Origin: Lama guanicoe
Taxonomy: Eukaryota
Direction of reading: 5' to 3'
DNA length: 64,000 nucleotides
Assembly (NCBI GenBank): GCA_013239625.1
Contig: MU053758.1
Coordinates: 682,001 to 746,000 of the forward strand
Shown: positions 12,906 through 24,960 of the stretch, piece by piece
How positions within the stretch are numbered: the first letter of the stretch is position 1
Layout: each line of letters begins with the position of its first letter
The notes under the pieces: generated by a model
Databases searched by the model: none
What the model saw: only the letters and a program-made list of their open reading frames with translations
Told to the model about the DNA's origin: nothing
Translations under genes and position numbers: made by a program

Positions 12906-13370
12906 TGTAGTGAGATTATAAAAAATTCACTCTTTCCTTCTTCTAGAATAATTGAACTGTTGGGCATATGGCTGTATATCTATATGTATGTATTTCCCAG
13001 TCTTCTTGGCAGTTAGGATGACCATATGACTAAGTTCTTAGTAAGGGAATGTAAACAGCAGTGATGTGGGCCACTTGTGGGCTGGGACTTTGACAAATGG
13101 GTATGCCTCTTCTATACTTTTTATTCTTCCTGGGACCCAGAGCATGAGTACCCTCAAGCCAGTTTGGACCAGGAAGACAAAGGCCACCCTAGGGGATGCT
13201 GGAAAAGCAAGAAGGAAGGAACCTGGGTCCCTGAATGACAGCATGGAGAACTTCCTGCCAACTTGGAACTCAGACTGTTCTGTGAGAGAAAAATAAACCT
13301 CTATCTTGTTGAGCCATTATATTTTGGGACATCTTTATTAAAAAAGAGTTTAATGTTTTATCCTCACTAT
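12906..13370 (+). mobile_element. Old MLT1 (G-J-like) MaLR solo LTR
   Basis: tatttcccagtcttcttggcagttaggatgaccatatgactaagttct, aaggaacctgggtccctgaatgac, aaataaacctctatcttgttgagcca. Confidence 0.75.
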
Positions 13371-13841
13371 TTATTTGCATTGCTTGTCCCTCGGGTGTCC
13401 AGAAGTTTTCTTACCAACCCCACTATGTCTATGTCCCACAGCACCAAATGTGGAAGACACGTTAGGAGATTCCACTGCTCCTGGTGTATTTGAAGGCTGG
13501 GTCTGCTTCTGGATCAGAGTCATCTTCTGGTAATAACTTTATTAAGAAGCTGTCGATCCATATATACTCAAAACTATCCCACCCCCCACCTAAAATAATC
13601 AGGTAGGGGGAAGGTGCAGCAGAAAATAAGACAGCTGTAGATGGAGGGGGCCTGGAGGGACCCACAGGCATCTGAATTCTGACTCTGGGCTAGGTGATGG
13701 GGCAGGGAGAGCTCAGGGACCCCAGACCCAGAGAAATGGACCAGAGGTGCCCACGTGACTTGTCACATGAGCCTCTGATAGAGGAAGTGGGATTTTCAAA
13801 GTCTGCACAGCTTTCTTAGGCTTCTAACACCCAAGAAAACT

Positions 13842-13861
13842 TGACCCTCACCTACTGACCC
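13842..13861 (-). promoter_or_regulatory. Composite DR8 (DR2+DR0) element GGGTCA gt AGGTGA GGGTCA
   Basis: Plus strand reads tgaccc tcacct ac tgaccc. Function untested. Confidence 0.5.
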
Positions 13862-15007
13862 CTTGGCTTTCTCATCTGTCTGTCATCATCAGTCAGGATT
13901 TTTACATAGCCTCTGACATTTAGAAAGCCTCCCTCCTGACACTCATGCTTCCCCTTGTGGAATGTGGCCCTGGACAGACTCAGAATTATCCTTTAAATGT
14001 TTAACTGGGCTCCTGATTTAGAATGTGAGGACTGAATACCCTCTTTCAAAAGCCAAGAGCTGGGGAAGTCTTCCTTGTGGGATCACGAGGAAGAGGAGAA
14101 AATGGAGGGAGAACATGGCACCAAATAGCCACAGGTGGGAACCAGAGTGGGGAGGAGGGCTCGCCTCACTTTGTCACACCACTGGCCCGAATCACAGGGC
14201 AGGGCCGGAAGGGAAGCGCCAGTTGCAAATGCTCCCACCTCATCTCACAGCTCACCAAATATTATGGCCTAGCACATAAAAACCAGAGTGCTAAGCTGCC
14301 AGGAGTATTAAACTCAAGGAGCTGTGACCAGAAGCAGGCGGGCTCTGGGGACAGGAGCAGGGAGGCGGCAGGCCAGCAGCTCCCACTAAGCCCTGTGTCT
14401 CTCAGGCAGCAACTGAAACCAAGCAGGAAACAGCCTTTGCCCCGAAACCCACCTCTGCCTCCTGCTTCTCCAAGGTGAGAGCATTTAGGGGAGTCCCGTG
14501 CCCCCTCAGCAGGAGCAGGCTGCCTATAAGCAGAAAATAAAGGCTTTTAAGCCACATAAATCAATGAAAATTAGCAGGAGTCAAGGTGAAAAATCCATCC
14601 TCCACCACCTGGATGTTTGAGCCAAGATTCTCGGTGATTTAGAGCCATATAATTAGAGTGATCTGATCTCTGTCTCTTTTTTTTTTTCCATCCTCCCTTC
14701 CCTTTCTAGACAAAGCCCTCTCCAGTAAGGCAGGTTTCCAGTGGCCGCTAGCTCTTCTGGCTGGAAGCAAGCATGTGTACCTGTCAGCTCAGCACCTTGA
14801 TGGATCTCAGTGCTACCTTGGTTCGCCTCCTCTCTGCCTGCCCCTTAATGAACAGTCTGCCCTGGGGTAGGTATGGGTTGTGGGTGGGGAGCCCACGTTC
14901 TGAAGAATGTTGCAGAACTGAAGAGGTGTGATTGCTGACCCCGAGTGAAATGTGGCATCATCCCAGAGGTGAAGGAGGGGTCTGGAGTAATCAGAACCCC
15001 TAACCTA

Positions 15008-15020
15008 TGACCTCTGAACT
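15008..15020 (-). promoter_or_regulatory. Consensus DR1 nuclear-receptor element (AGTTCA g AGGTCA)
   Basis: Plus strand reads tgacct c tgaact, with additional weaker half-sites alongside. Function untested. Confidence 0.5.
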
Positions 15021-15189
15021 GGGGAGAAGATTGATGATGGCATGAAAGTTTCCCAGTCCTGTGCCTCCTGCCAGATTAGGAACACAATCCAGCAGCTGAT
15101 GGAAGTGTGAGCTGGGACCCAGAGAGGTTCAGTGCCTGGATTTGTCTCAGAAAACCAGGATCTAGAGGGACAAGGTGGTACAGGAAGTG

Positions 15190-15400
15190 AAGGTGGAATT
15201 CAGAATCGGAGCAACATAGGTTCAAATCCTATCTCTGTCACCTACCACCTAGATGACAATTGAACAAGTGTCTTAAGCTCTTGGAGCCTCAGTTTCCACA
15301 TCTTTAAAATTAAAATAATATCTCACCGAGTTGTAGGGAAGACTGCATGAAGTAATGATGTAAATTTCCTAAACATAGTTCCTGGAAGGCAGCATTCTCT
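15190..15400 (+). mobile_element. MIR SINE
   Basis: gggttcaaatcc-like head and gagcctcagtttccacatctttaaaat core. Many further MIR fragments (e.g. ~8300, 10600, 10970, 12150, 12460, 15670, 16740, 26270, 31400, 32280, 38790, 39540, 42330, 56370) are not listed individually. Confidence 0.8.
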
Positions 15401-15989
15401 CACAACAAGATACCTTCCAGCCTCTCAACTCTTCTTGCTCAAGGCTGTTTAGCAAGTTGGAAAAGGAATCAGAGCCTCAACCTGGGTCGCCTAACTTCTC
15501 ATTCAGTTCCTGGTAGGATGAGAGTCTACCCACAAAAGGCTCTCGGTCTAGATGGATTAACTGAATGACAGAGCAGAATTAGAAGTTCCCTCTAGAAGGC
15601 AGACTAGAACATGCCCGCTCTGAGGAAGAAGGAATCACCTGCAGCACGGGGCTGTGCAGTATACAATGCCAGGTTCAAGTCCTGACTCAGCCTCTTACAA
15701 GTCGAGACCCTGGGCAACTCCCTGGGCTTCCGTTTCCCCCAATGTAAAGTGGTTAGAATTATAATTCTTGCCACAGAGTGGTTCTGTGGTTCAAAGAAAA
15801 AGTGGATGGGAAAACCCTTTGCAAATGACCGTATATGTATAATGGAATATAGTCTATAACGGAATATATGGTTATACTGCAAATAGTTTTATTTATAGAA
15901 TTTCTCTTAGGAAAGAAATTCTGCTTAGAAAATGCCTCGATATGTGCCTATCATATGGCAAATGTTGCCAGACTTTGTAATTAAAAAAA

Positions 15990-16124
15990 GTTTTTTTTTA
16001 ACTTTATTTTTTGTTGGGACGGTAATTAGGTTTTTACTTATTTATTTTAATGGAGGTACTGGGGATTGAACCCAGGACCTCATGCATCCTAAGCACGTGC
16101 TCCACCACTGAGCTATACCCTCTC
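15990..16124 (-). mobile_element. Camelid tRNA-derived SINE (Vic-1-like)
   Basis: Reverse complement of the 42832 element: ggtaattagg...ggaggtactggggattgaacccaggacctc...cactgagctataccc. Confidence 0.9.
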
Positions 16125-16159
16125 TCTAATGACATGCTCTTTGGAGCTCCTGCTTTCTT

Positions 16160-16272
16160 TTAAATAATTATTTTTATTGAAGTATAGTTGGTTTGCAATG
16201 TTGTGTTAATTTCTGGCGTACAGCGTGGTGATTTAGTTATACATATATATATTCTTTTTCATTTTCTTTTCT
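16160..16272 (-). mobile_element. Short L1 3'-terminal fragment between two SINEs
   Basis: tttttattgaagtatagttggtttgcaatgttgtgttaatttctggcgtacagc, the same terminus as the 6775 and 17905 copies. Confidence 0.8.
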
Positions 16273-16274
16273 TT

Positions 16275-16425
16275 TAGTTTTCATTTATTTATTTTTGGTA
16301 TTTTGGGAGGGAGGTAATTAGGTTTATTTACTTATTTATTTATTTTAATGGCGGTACTGGGGATCGAAACCAGGACCTCGTGCATGCTAAGCAGACACTG
16401 TGCCACTGAGCTATACCCTCCTCCC
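16275..16425 (-). mobile_element. Camelid tRNA-derived SINE (Vic-1-like)
   Basis: gaggtaattaggtttattta...ggtactggggatcgaaaccaggacctcgtgcatgctaagc...cactgagctataccctcc. Confidence 0.9.
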
Positions 16426-17329
16426 TTACCAAAATTTTAGAGAAGGGAGAGTATTGCTCTGATGAGAGAGAGGAAGAAGGAGAGAAAAGAGGAGGGGGAG
16501 TGAGGCTCCAACAGGCTAGAGACCAGGCATGGTGAAGAGGCCAGAGAAATTATATACTGATGGGACTGACCAGTGGTGTTTTAAGAATGATGACACCCAC
16601 ATGCCCACATCAGGTGTTTGTGCTGCGTACTGTGCACTCTTCCTCTTGTGCCCCTGCAAAGTCAGGGGTGTCTATCTATTAAACTCACCATTATTGGAGC
16701 CCCGGCCACATACATCTAGTGATTGACACACATTCTTTCATTTATTCCTCCTGTAACTTTCCGCAGATGAAGAAATGGAGGCTCAGGAAACTTGGATAAC
16801 TCACTCAAGATCACACAAGTGGCAGCTGGTAGGAAGGGATTTTAATCCGTGTCCAGCTCTGGGTACTGTACCGTGTTGCTCCCGGGGCCTCAGTTTTCTG
16901 AGGTTAAAAAGTCGCTTAACCTCCCTGGACCCCAGTTGTTCTGTCTCTAAGAAGAAATGTCTCTATTGCTTCTCCCTTGCTCACTCAAATACTTGACAGA
17001 TGAAAGAGGTAATAGATGTAAAGTACTTTGAGAGCTTTTAAACAAACATCCCCATTGTGAAAGTAAGCTATTATTAATACCACACCTCACATGCCAAAAG
17101 GCCTGCTTAATCCACCCTGCCCTGAGGTGCCAAAGAGGACATTTCCCCCTCTGTTTAGTTTATCTTTTCTTGTCAAGTGCCAAGTCTGTTCCACTTTGCT
17201 TTCTCTCCACAGAAACCGAGCATATGGCTCTCCCCTAAAAGTGTTCCAATCCAAATACTGTGCCCATCTCAAAGGATTCCCTTCCTCCCGTTCATCTTTC
17301 CAGCCCCCTCCAAAGGTAGGGACTAACCC

Positions 17330-17740
17330 CCACGGTGTGCCAGAAAATGTTTAACAAACAGCTTTCCAGAAAAATTCCTGTCCTGATCAATAGCATTTGC
17401 CAATTTCCTTGGTGTAAATATTTCCACCATGCCTGATTTCAAACTATCATTGTGACATCACTGAGTGCAGAATTGGGAAGAGACGTAGGCACCATTATGT
17501 AGTATTTCTACTGTATAACTACAACAGACATAAGTAACTCCAAAAGGTTAGGATATGGTAAAATTCAGCAAAATAATTGAGAAGGGAGGAGTTTTTAGTA
17601 TTTTCTAATTTTGTTTTAAAATATAATTTATTAAATGGTAACTTTATTTAATTTCAGTTTTTTTTAAAAAAACAACTGTTGCCAAAATTCTTGAAAATTT
17701 AAAAACCAGTGCTCACAAAGCAGCTTCAGTCTGACCCTGT
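17330..17740. mobile_element. MER63-like hAT DNA transposon
   Basis: ggtgtaaatatttccaccatg, gtgacatcactgag...gggaagaga and aaaattcttgaaaatttaa resemble the MER63 consensus as I recall it. Confidence 0.7.
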
Positions 17741-17904
17741 GTGACTCGCATGTGTACACGGAAACAGACAGAGTGTAGCCTGGAAGCGAAGACATGTTGG
17801 AGAGAGTGCCAAGTGCTCCTGTGACATATTTTTCTGTTCCAGAAACAAGAATCACACAACAGATCCCTAGATTGAAAATGGCTATCTCTGTCTCAAAGAT
17901 TCTT

Positions 17905-18029
17905 TTTTTTCTTTCCTTTTTTTTTTTAAATTGAAGTATAGTCAGTTTACAATGTTGTGTCAATTTCTGGTGCACAGCACAATGCTTCAGCCATACATGA
18001 ATATACATATATTCATTTTCAAATTCTTT
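17905..18029 (-). mobile_element. Very short L1 3'-terminal insertion
   Basis: Poly-T then aaattgaagtatagtcagtttacaatgttgtgtc; 12-bp TSD tcaaagattctt at 17893-17904 and 18030-18041. Confidence 0.88.
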
Positions 18030-18119
18030 TCAAAGATTCTTAAATTGGAAGTGCTCGTTTGTCCCATTCCCTAACCATGAGCAAGAACTCTGGAGTCTGG
18101 TCTCCAGGATCCCATGTTG

Positions 18120-18660
18120 ATGAGGGTCCTGTTGTGAAAACAGATCCACACTCGAACAGGGTTTGTTTAAGAAGAGTTTGATGAAGGTGTATTTCTAAAG
18201 ATGCGGGCAGGAGTCATAGCAATTCACAGGATGGTGAGGTTAGCCAGAGTAGGGAACTGTTAGCACTGTAGACCTGAAGGGCTGGGGAAGGAACAGTTCC
18301 CAGAGTCTGGGGAGAGCTGCAGGAGAGGGTGCCCCACAGGAGCTGTGGCCTTTAGTTGAGGGACTGGCAGTTGGCAGGGACTAGGGGAATAAGGACCCCC
18401 ATCTCTAGCTCCCCCTACCTACAGCCTTCTCCAGTGATTTGCTGCATGATGTAAACGTGCCCTCCTTCCTCTTTAAAAACTTCAGGTAAAGTCACTGTTC
18501 TTGAGCATTAACCATGGCCTGAACCCAACCAGAAGTCAGAGGACAAGGGAGCCTGTTGAAGTAACTCTTAAAGATCACTTCCCAGCATCAGCACCGAGAA
18601 CAGTGGAGGAAAAGTTTGGAGAGTGGCTTTGGAAGGGCAGAGAGATCATGCAGCACAGGT
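18120..18660. mobile_element. ERVL-class LTR remnant (LTR33/LTR16-like)
   Basis: aacagatccacactc, cctgaagggc, cctgaacccaaccagaagtcagaggacaagggagcc; family assignment tentative. Confidence 0.5.
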
Positions 18661-18707
18661 CCTTGGGGGCTCATTGGGAGAAGTCGTTTCTATCCCAGCA
18701 CCCCAGG

Positions 18708-18850
18708 CTCATGCTTCTGAAACTTCAGTGGGTGTACTCACCATCTAGGGATTACAGGCAATTTCTGATTCGCTAGGTCTTGGCTGTGGCCTAAGATCCC
18801 AGGTAAGGCTGATGCTGAGGCCTGTGAACCAGCCTTTGGGTAACAGGGTC
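18708..18850. mobile_element. MER5-like fragment
   Basis: tttctgattcgctaggtcttggctgtggcctaaga...cccaggtaaggctgatgctg. Confidence 0.6.
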
Positions 18851-20214
18851 TTAGGCCATACCCACCCCACCCCCAAGCCCCAGTGGGCTTGTCTACCTAA
18901 GGGAAAATCAGAGCTGTAAAAACCCCTTAATCATTCCCTTCCCACTTCATACCTCCCTTCCTTTCCTTCTCTTCAGATACTCTCTGGTGCGACTCAGTTA
19001 TCCAGCAACAACTGGGAAATCTGTCCTCCCACTCTCCCAAGGCCAAGCTAGCAAGAGGTGGCTCTGCAGCCCCCTTGCACTTGAAAGCAGGCCTCTCCAC
19101 TGGAGGAAACCCTTAGAGAATATTCCTAATCCCCCCCCCCCCCCACCAAGAAAGCCAGTGATTTCCCAAAAGGAAAAAATTTTCAGCCAAGCCCTGGGAT
19201 GGGATAGGGGAAAGTGCCCCCACTCCCCATTAGAATTTTCCCCTGGGTGGAACAGCAACCCAATGGCCATTCCACTTCCGGTGCTGCCAGGGTGTCATTG
19301 TTGAGGCCCTGGCTATAATTCAGGCCCCTGCTCCATCCCTGGCACCTAATGCAAGCCTTTTTGAAGGCACAGCTCTGGAAACAGTTCACAAACCCCCAAA
19401 ACTGAATAAACAAATGTGTTTGTGTTTGTGTGTAGGACGTATGGCCACCGGGAGAAAAATCTTGGGCAGTAGTCCCATTCCTGGACATGCAGAAGCCAGA
19501 GATGTTCTCATTCCTGGAATAATGGGAACCCTCCCTCACTCAGCTAGTGATGAGTGCTAGGAAGCAGGTTAAGCCTTCCTTCTTTGTAGGTCAAGGATGC
19601 ATGGCTTGTGAGGTTTAGGAAGGATACCATTCTGTCAGCTGCGTTCAAAAACGGGAGGAAGCAGCTGGGGTTTTAGTTCCTGGTATAAGGAAGTTTGGCC
19701 CTAGGGGTGTCCCCATTAATTCCAGATACGATGCAGGTGTGTGTGCTAGCTTATACAAGTGACATAAGTTCACTGGGGTGGCCAAGGAAGGGAAAGCTGA
19801 ATCAGGATGGCTTAACACAATTCCTTCTCTTTGGAACCTAGATAATCTGAAAGAGGGACAGTGAAACATCAAAGGTCATTAGACTAATACCTTTTGAGGC
19901 TTTCCTCATTACCTGTATTCACTCACCACGGCTACGTAGGATAACCTCCCTGCACAGGTCTAAGAAAAAGGCAGAGTGAAGTGAGGGTTTCCCAGGGATG
20001 GCCTATTGGTAAGATCATCAAGATACCCAGACCCCACGGGTAAAAGACCCCTTAAAGGACGTGTGTCCGGAGGCCTGGGGTTAGTCCTCTTGCTCCTTTT
20101 CCCAAGAGAACGCGGAAGAGGCTGAGTCCCCAGATTCCCGGCTAGGGAACATACTGCCCCATCACACTCTCTGTCTCACTTATTTGGCACTTATCATAAA
20201 GACTCCTGACACCA

Positions 20215-20420
20215 TAGAGCACTTTACAGTTTACAAGGAACTCTTCAAATACATTGCCTCGCGTAATTTTTACAAGAAACCTATGGGATTAGGCGAGGCA
20301 GGTTTATCACCATTTTATAAACGAGAAGCTGAGGTTCCAAGAGGTTAAATAACTTACCTAAGGGCACAAGACGCCTAGGTGGTGGAGCCAGCACTGGCAT
20401 TCAGGTTTCCTAGTACAATA
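20215..20420 (-). mobile_element. MIR SINE
   Basis: agcactttacagtttacaa...cattttataaacgagaagctgaggttccaagaggttaaataactt. Confidence 0.8.
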
Positions 20421-21729
20421 GCCTTCCTTAACACTGTCTTCCTTCTCACATACTTCTTTGTCTAGCAGCTAATTTGTCAGTATTTTCTGATTTTTCCCTT
20501 ACAGGTATGAAAATACCCTGACAGAATTTTGTCTCTCTGCTTTACGAATATTTCCTCAACACCTACCAATGTCTGACACATAGTATGTGCTTAATAAAAT
20601 TACATTGAATGAGTAATAAAGGAAATTGATTACAAGCCACCAGAAGGTGGGGCACTAACTTGGACATCTTGGTAGCCCTCACAATAATTACACCATGGAA
20701 GAGTAAATATTATTGATAGGAAAAATGACCTAGTATCCAGAGGATGTGACTAACTCCCAGAAAGTCATCTGCCCTGGGAGGTAATATATTCAAGGAAGAG
20801 TGTCCTCGCCATGGCTTCTAGAATTCTATGCACAGACTCTATTCTTAACATTTCTTATTACCTTCAACAACCCCTCGCTCATCCACAGGGTGAAGACATT
20901 TGCCCTGTGAACAGATGCCCAGAGGTTCAGACCTGCGGGTCTTTGATTTAGGAAAGAGGCACGATGGTTTGTGTCTCCATGTGTTCCCACTGTCACCAGA
21001 TAGAATAAAACGGCTTGTTTCTCTTGGCAGCCTCCACCCAACAGTTCCCCATGTGTGTGTTGCTTTCTTCAATTTTCCCCTCTACAAAATCTGGTCATGT
21101 TTAATAACAATAAATCAGAAGAGAGATTGCAGCCCGAAGAGAAGTCTGGGGCAGCCAGGGTTTCCACATCTGGGGCCCATTCGGGTTGAAGCGATGACAA
21201 TTCCTAATAAATGTTAATGGAGAACCTCCTCAGATTCATACACTCCAGCCATAATTTAGCCTGTCTCCACGCCAGATGACCTTTTGAACATCCACAATAT
21301 ACCCATCATAGCACCAGCTAAAGCCCTGGATTGCTTCCTGCATAAGAAGTGGAAAAAAACAAGGCCTGTTGTTATTGATTGCATTTCTCCATTTTCCTCT
21401 CCTGGATTTTTCTTCAAAGGCTCACAGGGCCTTGGAGGCCCCCAGCCACCCAAGCGGTTAGAGGCAAGGGAGTCAGGTTGAAGGATGTTCCCCTCTGCTC
21501 CTAAAGGAGCTTCACAAAGTCTGACAGCCAATGCTGTTCCCACAAGAGACAGGGCTGGACTGTCCCCTCCTTCCTCTTCTGGCTTCTGAGACCCTTTGCT
21601 GGTCCTGCTTGCTCCGTCCCTTTCCCCAGCCACTCCTCACCCTCCTGCCCCTTGTAACTAGTCAGTCGTCAAGGCTGGCTTCTGTCTTTGGCTTTTCTCT
21701 TCCTACGTTGTTACCATCACGAGTCTAAT

Positions 21730-22580
21730 GCCCGTGTGCAGTTTCTAGCTGTGACCTCTCTCTCCAGACGCAGTCCTGAATTTCTAACTAGGGGCTGGGC
21801 GTTTTCAATTGATAACCAGCCACTGTCTAAAATTCTGTGTGTCTAAATTAACCTATCATCTCACCCAAACACAGTTGGCCTCTTCTCCAAATTTCTGTCT
21901 CTCTGTTAAAAGCACTTCTGTTCTTTCTGCTACATGGAAACTCTCTCTCTGCTGCCTCTTTTTCCCATCTGGTGATGGGGTCATTGGCTCTTTCATCCCA
22001 ATTTCACTCCTTTTAACCTCCACTGCCACCCCTACTTCAGGCCCTTATCCCCCCGACTTTGAAACGTTGGGCTCTCTGCGAACCGCCCCCCCGCTGCCCC
22101 CAAACATGGCAATTAGATCCATTATCCCAAGATGCTGTCTTGATCATATTCTTCTACAGTTCAAAATTCTTCCTTGGCTCCCTATTGACATTATTATAAT
22201 TATTGTTATTGATATTTAAATTTTTCATAATTAGGTGCCTGTTGAGCTAAGATTACATAATGTTGGAGCCAGATTTTTTTAGGTTACGGAGCGCATGCAT
22301 TTTTTTCACTGTTCCCCCCTCACCTGGTCTAGTGACATGCCTAATGAGAATTCATGTATTTAGTCAATAGGAAAAAAAATTTCTGAGCTACCGCTACATG
22401 CCAGAGTCTGCTGAGAACAGGAGGATAAAGTGGTAAGCGTGATAAGCGCTGTCCCTGATCATATGGAAACCCTTTCTAGTGGGAGACAAACAAATGAAAA
22501 AAGGAAACAGGCAAGTAAATGAAATAACCGCAAACTGTGATAAGTGCTAAGAAAGAGCTGAGAGAGAATGAGAGAATTCG
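21730..22580. mobile_element. L2 fragments in both orientations
   Basis: ctctctccagac...tgatcatattcttctacagttcaaaattcttccttggctccctattg; then ctgagctaccgctacatgccag...aactgtgataagtgcta. Confidence 0.6.
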
Positions 22581-22829
22581 ATGATACTATAATCAGGTCT
22601 CTAAACTCTCATCTCTCCTACTGCTGCCTCTCTGGGTCCTGCAGGATATGATCACTTCTTGGGAACTCACCCTCTAATAGCTCCAATTAGGAAGGATGAG
22701 CATAACTAATACTTTGTAAAACAAAGAATTCCCTGAGTGCATCTCTATTTTCGTAGCTCAAATAGATATTAAGCAAATCAGGCTACATTTCTTGGACATT
22801 TAGAGTCAAGGATATAATCCAGTGACTCT

Positions 22830-23440
22830 TTGTTTGGACTGCAGATGGAATGGATCTTTACCTTAATATATGAGGGATACAGGTTAGACGTGGTGAAAAA
22901 CTTCCCGGCAAAACTTCAGTGGAACAGGTTCCCGAGGGGGTGTATCAGTCAACTTTACTAATCAGTGCGGATTAACAAATAATGTCAGAGGTTATCATAC
23001 TTATTTCTTGCTTACAGGTTGGCAGATTGGCTGCAATGCCTCTGTTCCAGGTGTGGATCTTGCTCAGGTCCACTCTGTGCACCGTCTCATTTTGGTACCA
23101 GGCCGAAGTGACAGGGGCATGTTCTTCTCACGGTCAAGGATAGAAATGGAAAAGGCCAAGCCAAGCCAAGCAAGTAGAGTTAAGAATCTCTCCTTACATT
23201 CCATTGGCCAAAGCATGTCACATGGCTAAATCCATCATCCGTGGAGTGGGGAAGTTTTCTCCCCCCATGGAAGGGCATAGAGGAGAGTGAATATTTGCTG
23301 AACAATAATACACTCCACTGCGGGGAGGTTATGGAGTTTCCCTCACAAGTGGTCTTTACAAATAGAAGAGATTGTTATCCATCTGGGTTCCTCTGGGTAC
23401 CATATTACCTGAAGTATAGCAAAGGAGGACCAGAAGACAT
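22830..23440 (+). mobile_element. L3/CR1 LINE 3' fragment split by the MLT1 LTR
   Basis: aggttagacgtggtgaaaaacttccc...tggaacaggttcccgaggg resumes after the LTR as gggaggttatggagtttccctcacaagtggtctttacaaatag, following the CR1 3' consensus order. Confidence 0.65.
22941..23320 (-). mobile_element. Old MLT1 (J/K-like) LTR inserted into an L3/CR1 fragment
   Basis: tgtatcagtca start, ttatttcttgcttac, cattccattggccaaagcatgtcacatggc, gtgaatatttgctgaacaataat. Confidence 0.7.
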
Positions 23441-24065
23441 GATTTCTTAAAGATGTCTGTTTTGGTACAAGGGCAATGTAATTCGTGTTTGATATCTGGT
23501 TGCCACTGAAGCCCCTTTTCCTTCTCCACCAGAGTTGTGCCATGGGGGTGATTTGCAGCCCAAGTCTCTATCAGAGTCTCTATGTGATTGTATACAAGTG
23601 ACAGTCGCACAGCAAACATAAATACAGAAGAGGTTCTGATACCATCAGGGAACAGTATTCCTGCCATCAGGCCAGCTTTGTCTGCTGCCACAGTGCAGTT
23701 AACTCTGGAATGAAATTGGAGAGCTAACTGATGGTCAGAGGGGACTGGGAAGATTTCCATTTGTAACCGAGAGAGGCAGGGCTCAGCAAAAGGTGAAGCA
23801 AGAATAGATTTTTACTGTGGCTAGATAAATTCAGTTTCCAAACATATATACATTGTATTAAATCACTTAATGGTTTTAATATTTGAACTTATACAAATGG
23901 AAAGACAGGCACATTTGCAAACCCACACCCTTAGCAGTTTTTTACTTCAAGGTTCCCTATTCTGTACCCTTTCTACCTTTGATAATAACCTTTCTCTCTC
24001 TCTTTGGCCCAGAATGCTTATTCTCCATCTCCTCCCCTCTCAGTATCTGCTATCAGGAACTTTTT

Positions 24066-24382
24066 AGGTGCTACTCAAAGTATAGTCAGCAGATTATCAG
24101 CACCTGCATCACCTGAGAACTTGCTAGAAATGTAAACTACTGGGCCCCTCCCCCTGACTTGCTGAATCAGAATCGCTGGCAATGGGGTGGGAAGAGGTTT
24201 TCCCAGAAAACTGTGTTTTAATAAGCCCTTCAGGTGACAACTTATGCACACACACTGAAGTCTGAGAACCAAGGTAGGTCTGACTCAGTAGGTCTGGGGT
24301 GGAACCCATAACCTGCAGTCCTAACAATATGCAGATGACACTGATGCTGCTGTCTGTGGACCACTCTTCAGGTAGCACTGCT
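24066..24382. mobile_element. MER5A/MER5B hAT MITEs, two adjacent or nested pieces
   Basis: gcatcacctgagaacttgctagaaatg, ctgaatcagaatc, tttaataagcccttcaggtga, tctgactcagtaggtctggggtgg. Confidence 0.8.
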
Positions 24383-24960
24383 TTAGAACTCAATCACATA
24401 CACATGAAATGACAGCCAACAGTAAAAGCCTTATTTGTCCTGAGAGGATAGGATCAACATCTTAGTGAAAGAAATGAGTCACTAATGGTGGGATTCCAGG
24501 TAAGAGCCACCAGACTGAAAAAACAAAAAGTATATTTTGGTCAGAGGGTGGACCTGGAGCCTCTGAAGCCACAATATATATGATTAACTTTCTTCCACAT
24601 ATAGAGCCAGTCCTGGCTATGAGTGATTAAAGAGGGAGTGTTGTATGGGGCGAAAGCACAGGACGGGGAGTCAGGAGACCTGGGTTCTAGCTCTTGCCCT
24701 AGAATGTAGTAATATCTGTCTGATTCTCGTCTATAAACTAAAGAAGATGGGAGCTACACAAACTCTACCATCCCTACCCCTCCGTTTTTTATTATACAAG
24801 GTTACATTTGCCTCAGCTACAATTTTCTCTCCAGGCGTGTAAGGGAGTCTCAAAAATATGGGAATCCCAAGATATAGAACTGAAAGCCCCTTGAGTTAAA
24901 TTACACTGTGAATCATGGGGGGAGTCAGGCCTGACTCTACTTCGCCACACTCTCCTTAGG

